A stretch of 64,000 bases of DNA, from contig CP075493.1 of the NCBI GenBank assembly GCA_021613535.1, forward strand, positions 7,564,001 to 7,628,000, written 5' to 3'. Shown in pieces: positions 63,305 through 64,000 of this stretch. Every line of letters starts with the position of its first letter. The stretch's first letter is position 1. Origin of the DNA: Adineta vaga. Lineage: Eukaryota > Animalia > Rotifera. The position numbers and the translations under genes were made by a program. The notes below the pieces were generated by a model that worked only from the letters and a program-made list of their open reading frames with translations, was not told the DNA's origin and did not search any database.

Positions 63305-64000
63305 TCATTTTTCGATTTCATCGTCGTTACTATTCATGTTTATATTTGCAGAAGTTTTATCGGTTAAGAATGGATTTTCATAAGCAGTACTTTTCGCTGG
63401 TGGTGGTGCTAATGTAATATCATCAGAAGCATTCCTAGAATTAGTAATAAACATATTAATCGAATGAAATATTCTACGAAAAATTTCTCTTACCATTTGT
63501 TGTTGACCCATTTATAATTACGAGCAGATGGATACGGAACACGAGGATGTGAATACATACAATTTGGTCGCATACATTGTACACCGAATTTACAGATCTA
63601 GTAGAAATGAAATATGTGTATCAAGATTAACTTAGGGAGAACTCTAATGGAAATTCAATTGACTTTATCTGTCTAATATGAAACTATGTTGTTCTTACAA
63701 ACAAACATATATACACGCAAAGTTAATCACGTTTGTTTCTTATCTATTAAAACCGCAAGTAGTCATTTGCAGACAGTTTCACATAAATATTTGATACTTA
63801 CCGTTGAACTTTCTGGTCGATTTGTATTTGATGATCGACCAGTTGCTGTTGCACCATTATTATTATTATTATTATTTGTTGATGATGGTGATGATGCTGG
63901 AGTTGATGATGCATGTAAATAGGGACAATCCGGTCTTGCACAGACATTACCAAACCGACATGGCGGATGTATATATAAACATTCAGCACCATAAACACAA
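63305..64000 (-). CDS. ZC3H14: 3' part of a ZC3H14/Nab2-like CCCH zinc-finger poly(A)-binding protein (starts outside the window)
   Basis: CRFGNVCARPDCPYLH and CKFGVQCMRPNCMYSHP (C-x5-C-x4-C-x3-H), followed by YKW. Confidence 0.7.

Overview
AT-rich eukaryotic (animal) genomic DNA, gene-dense, with many ~50-60 nt GT-AG introns. The style suggests a bdelloid rotifer, but that is an inference and the species cannot be fixed from the sequence. About 27 protein-coding genes can be reconstructed by hand-splicing: four tandem SERHL-like alpha/beta-hydrolases, BicD, an SPSB3-like SPRY-SOCS protein, a Cys-rich type II membrane protein, an ADD-less ATRX, a DUF6492-like putative glycosyltransferase, two alpha carbonic anhydrases, archaemetzincin, transketolase, a RING-H2 protein, CFAP298, ATP23, a Cys-GPx, a compact Axin, PRAS40/AKT1S1, SH3BGRL, an SLC1 glutamate transporter, the end of ZC3H14 and several unknowns. 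The best signals are not in the ORF track. (1) A minus-strand miRNA cluster at 57.75-58.2 kb, with one miR-279 and three miR-36-family hairpins, plus candidate target sites in 3'UTRs elsewhere in the window. (2) A three-exon selenoprotein W gene with an in-frame TGA and a SECIS. (3) A fold-back MULE remnant whose internal deletion junction carries telomere-like G-rich and C-rich repeats. (4) A ~400 bp near-identical tract, probably gene conversion, and differential PTS1 signals among the hydrolase paralogs. (5) A PRAS40 that has lost its Akt site, a 391-aa Axin, a candidate AKAP, a possibly domesticated CACTA transposase domain and a structured element in an ATRX intron. All splice models and folds were read by eye and need computational confirmation.
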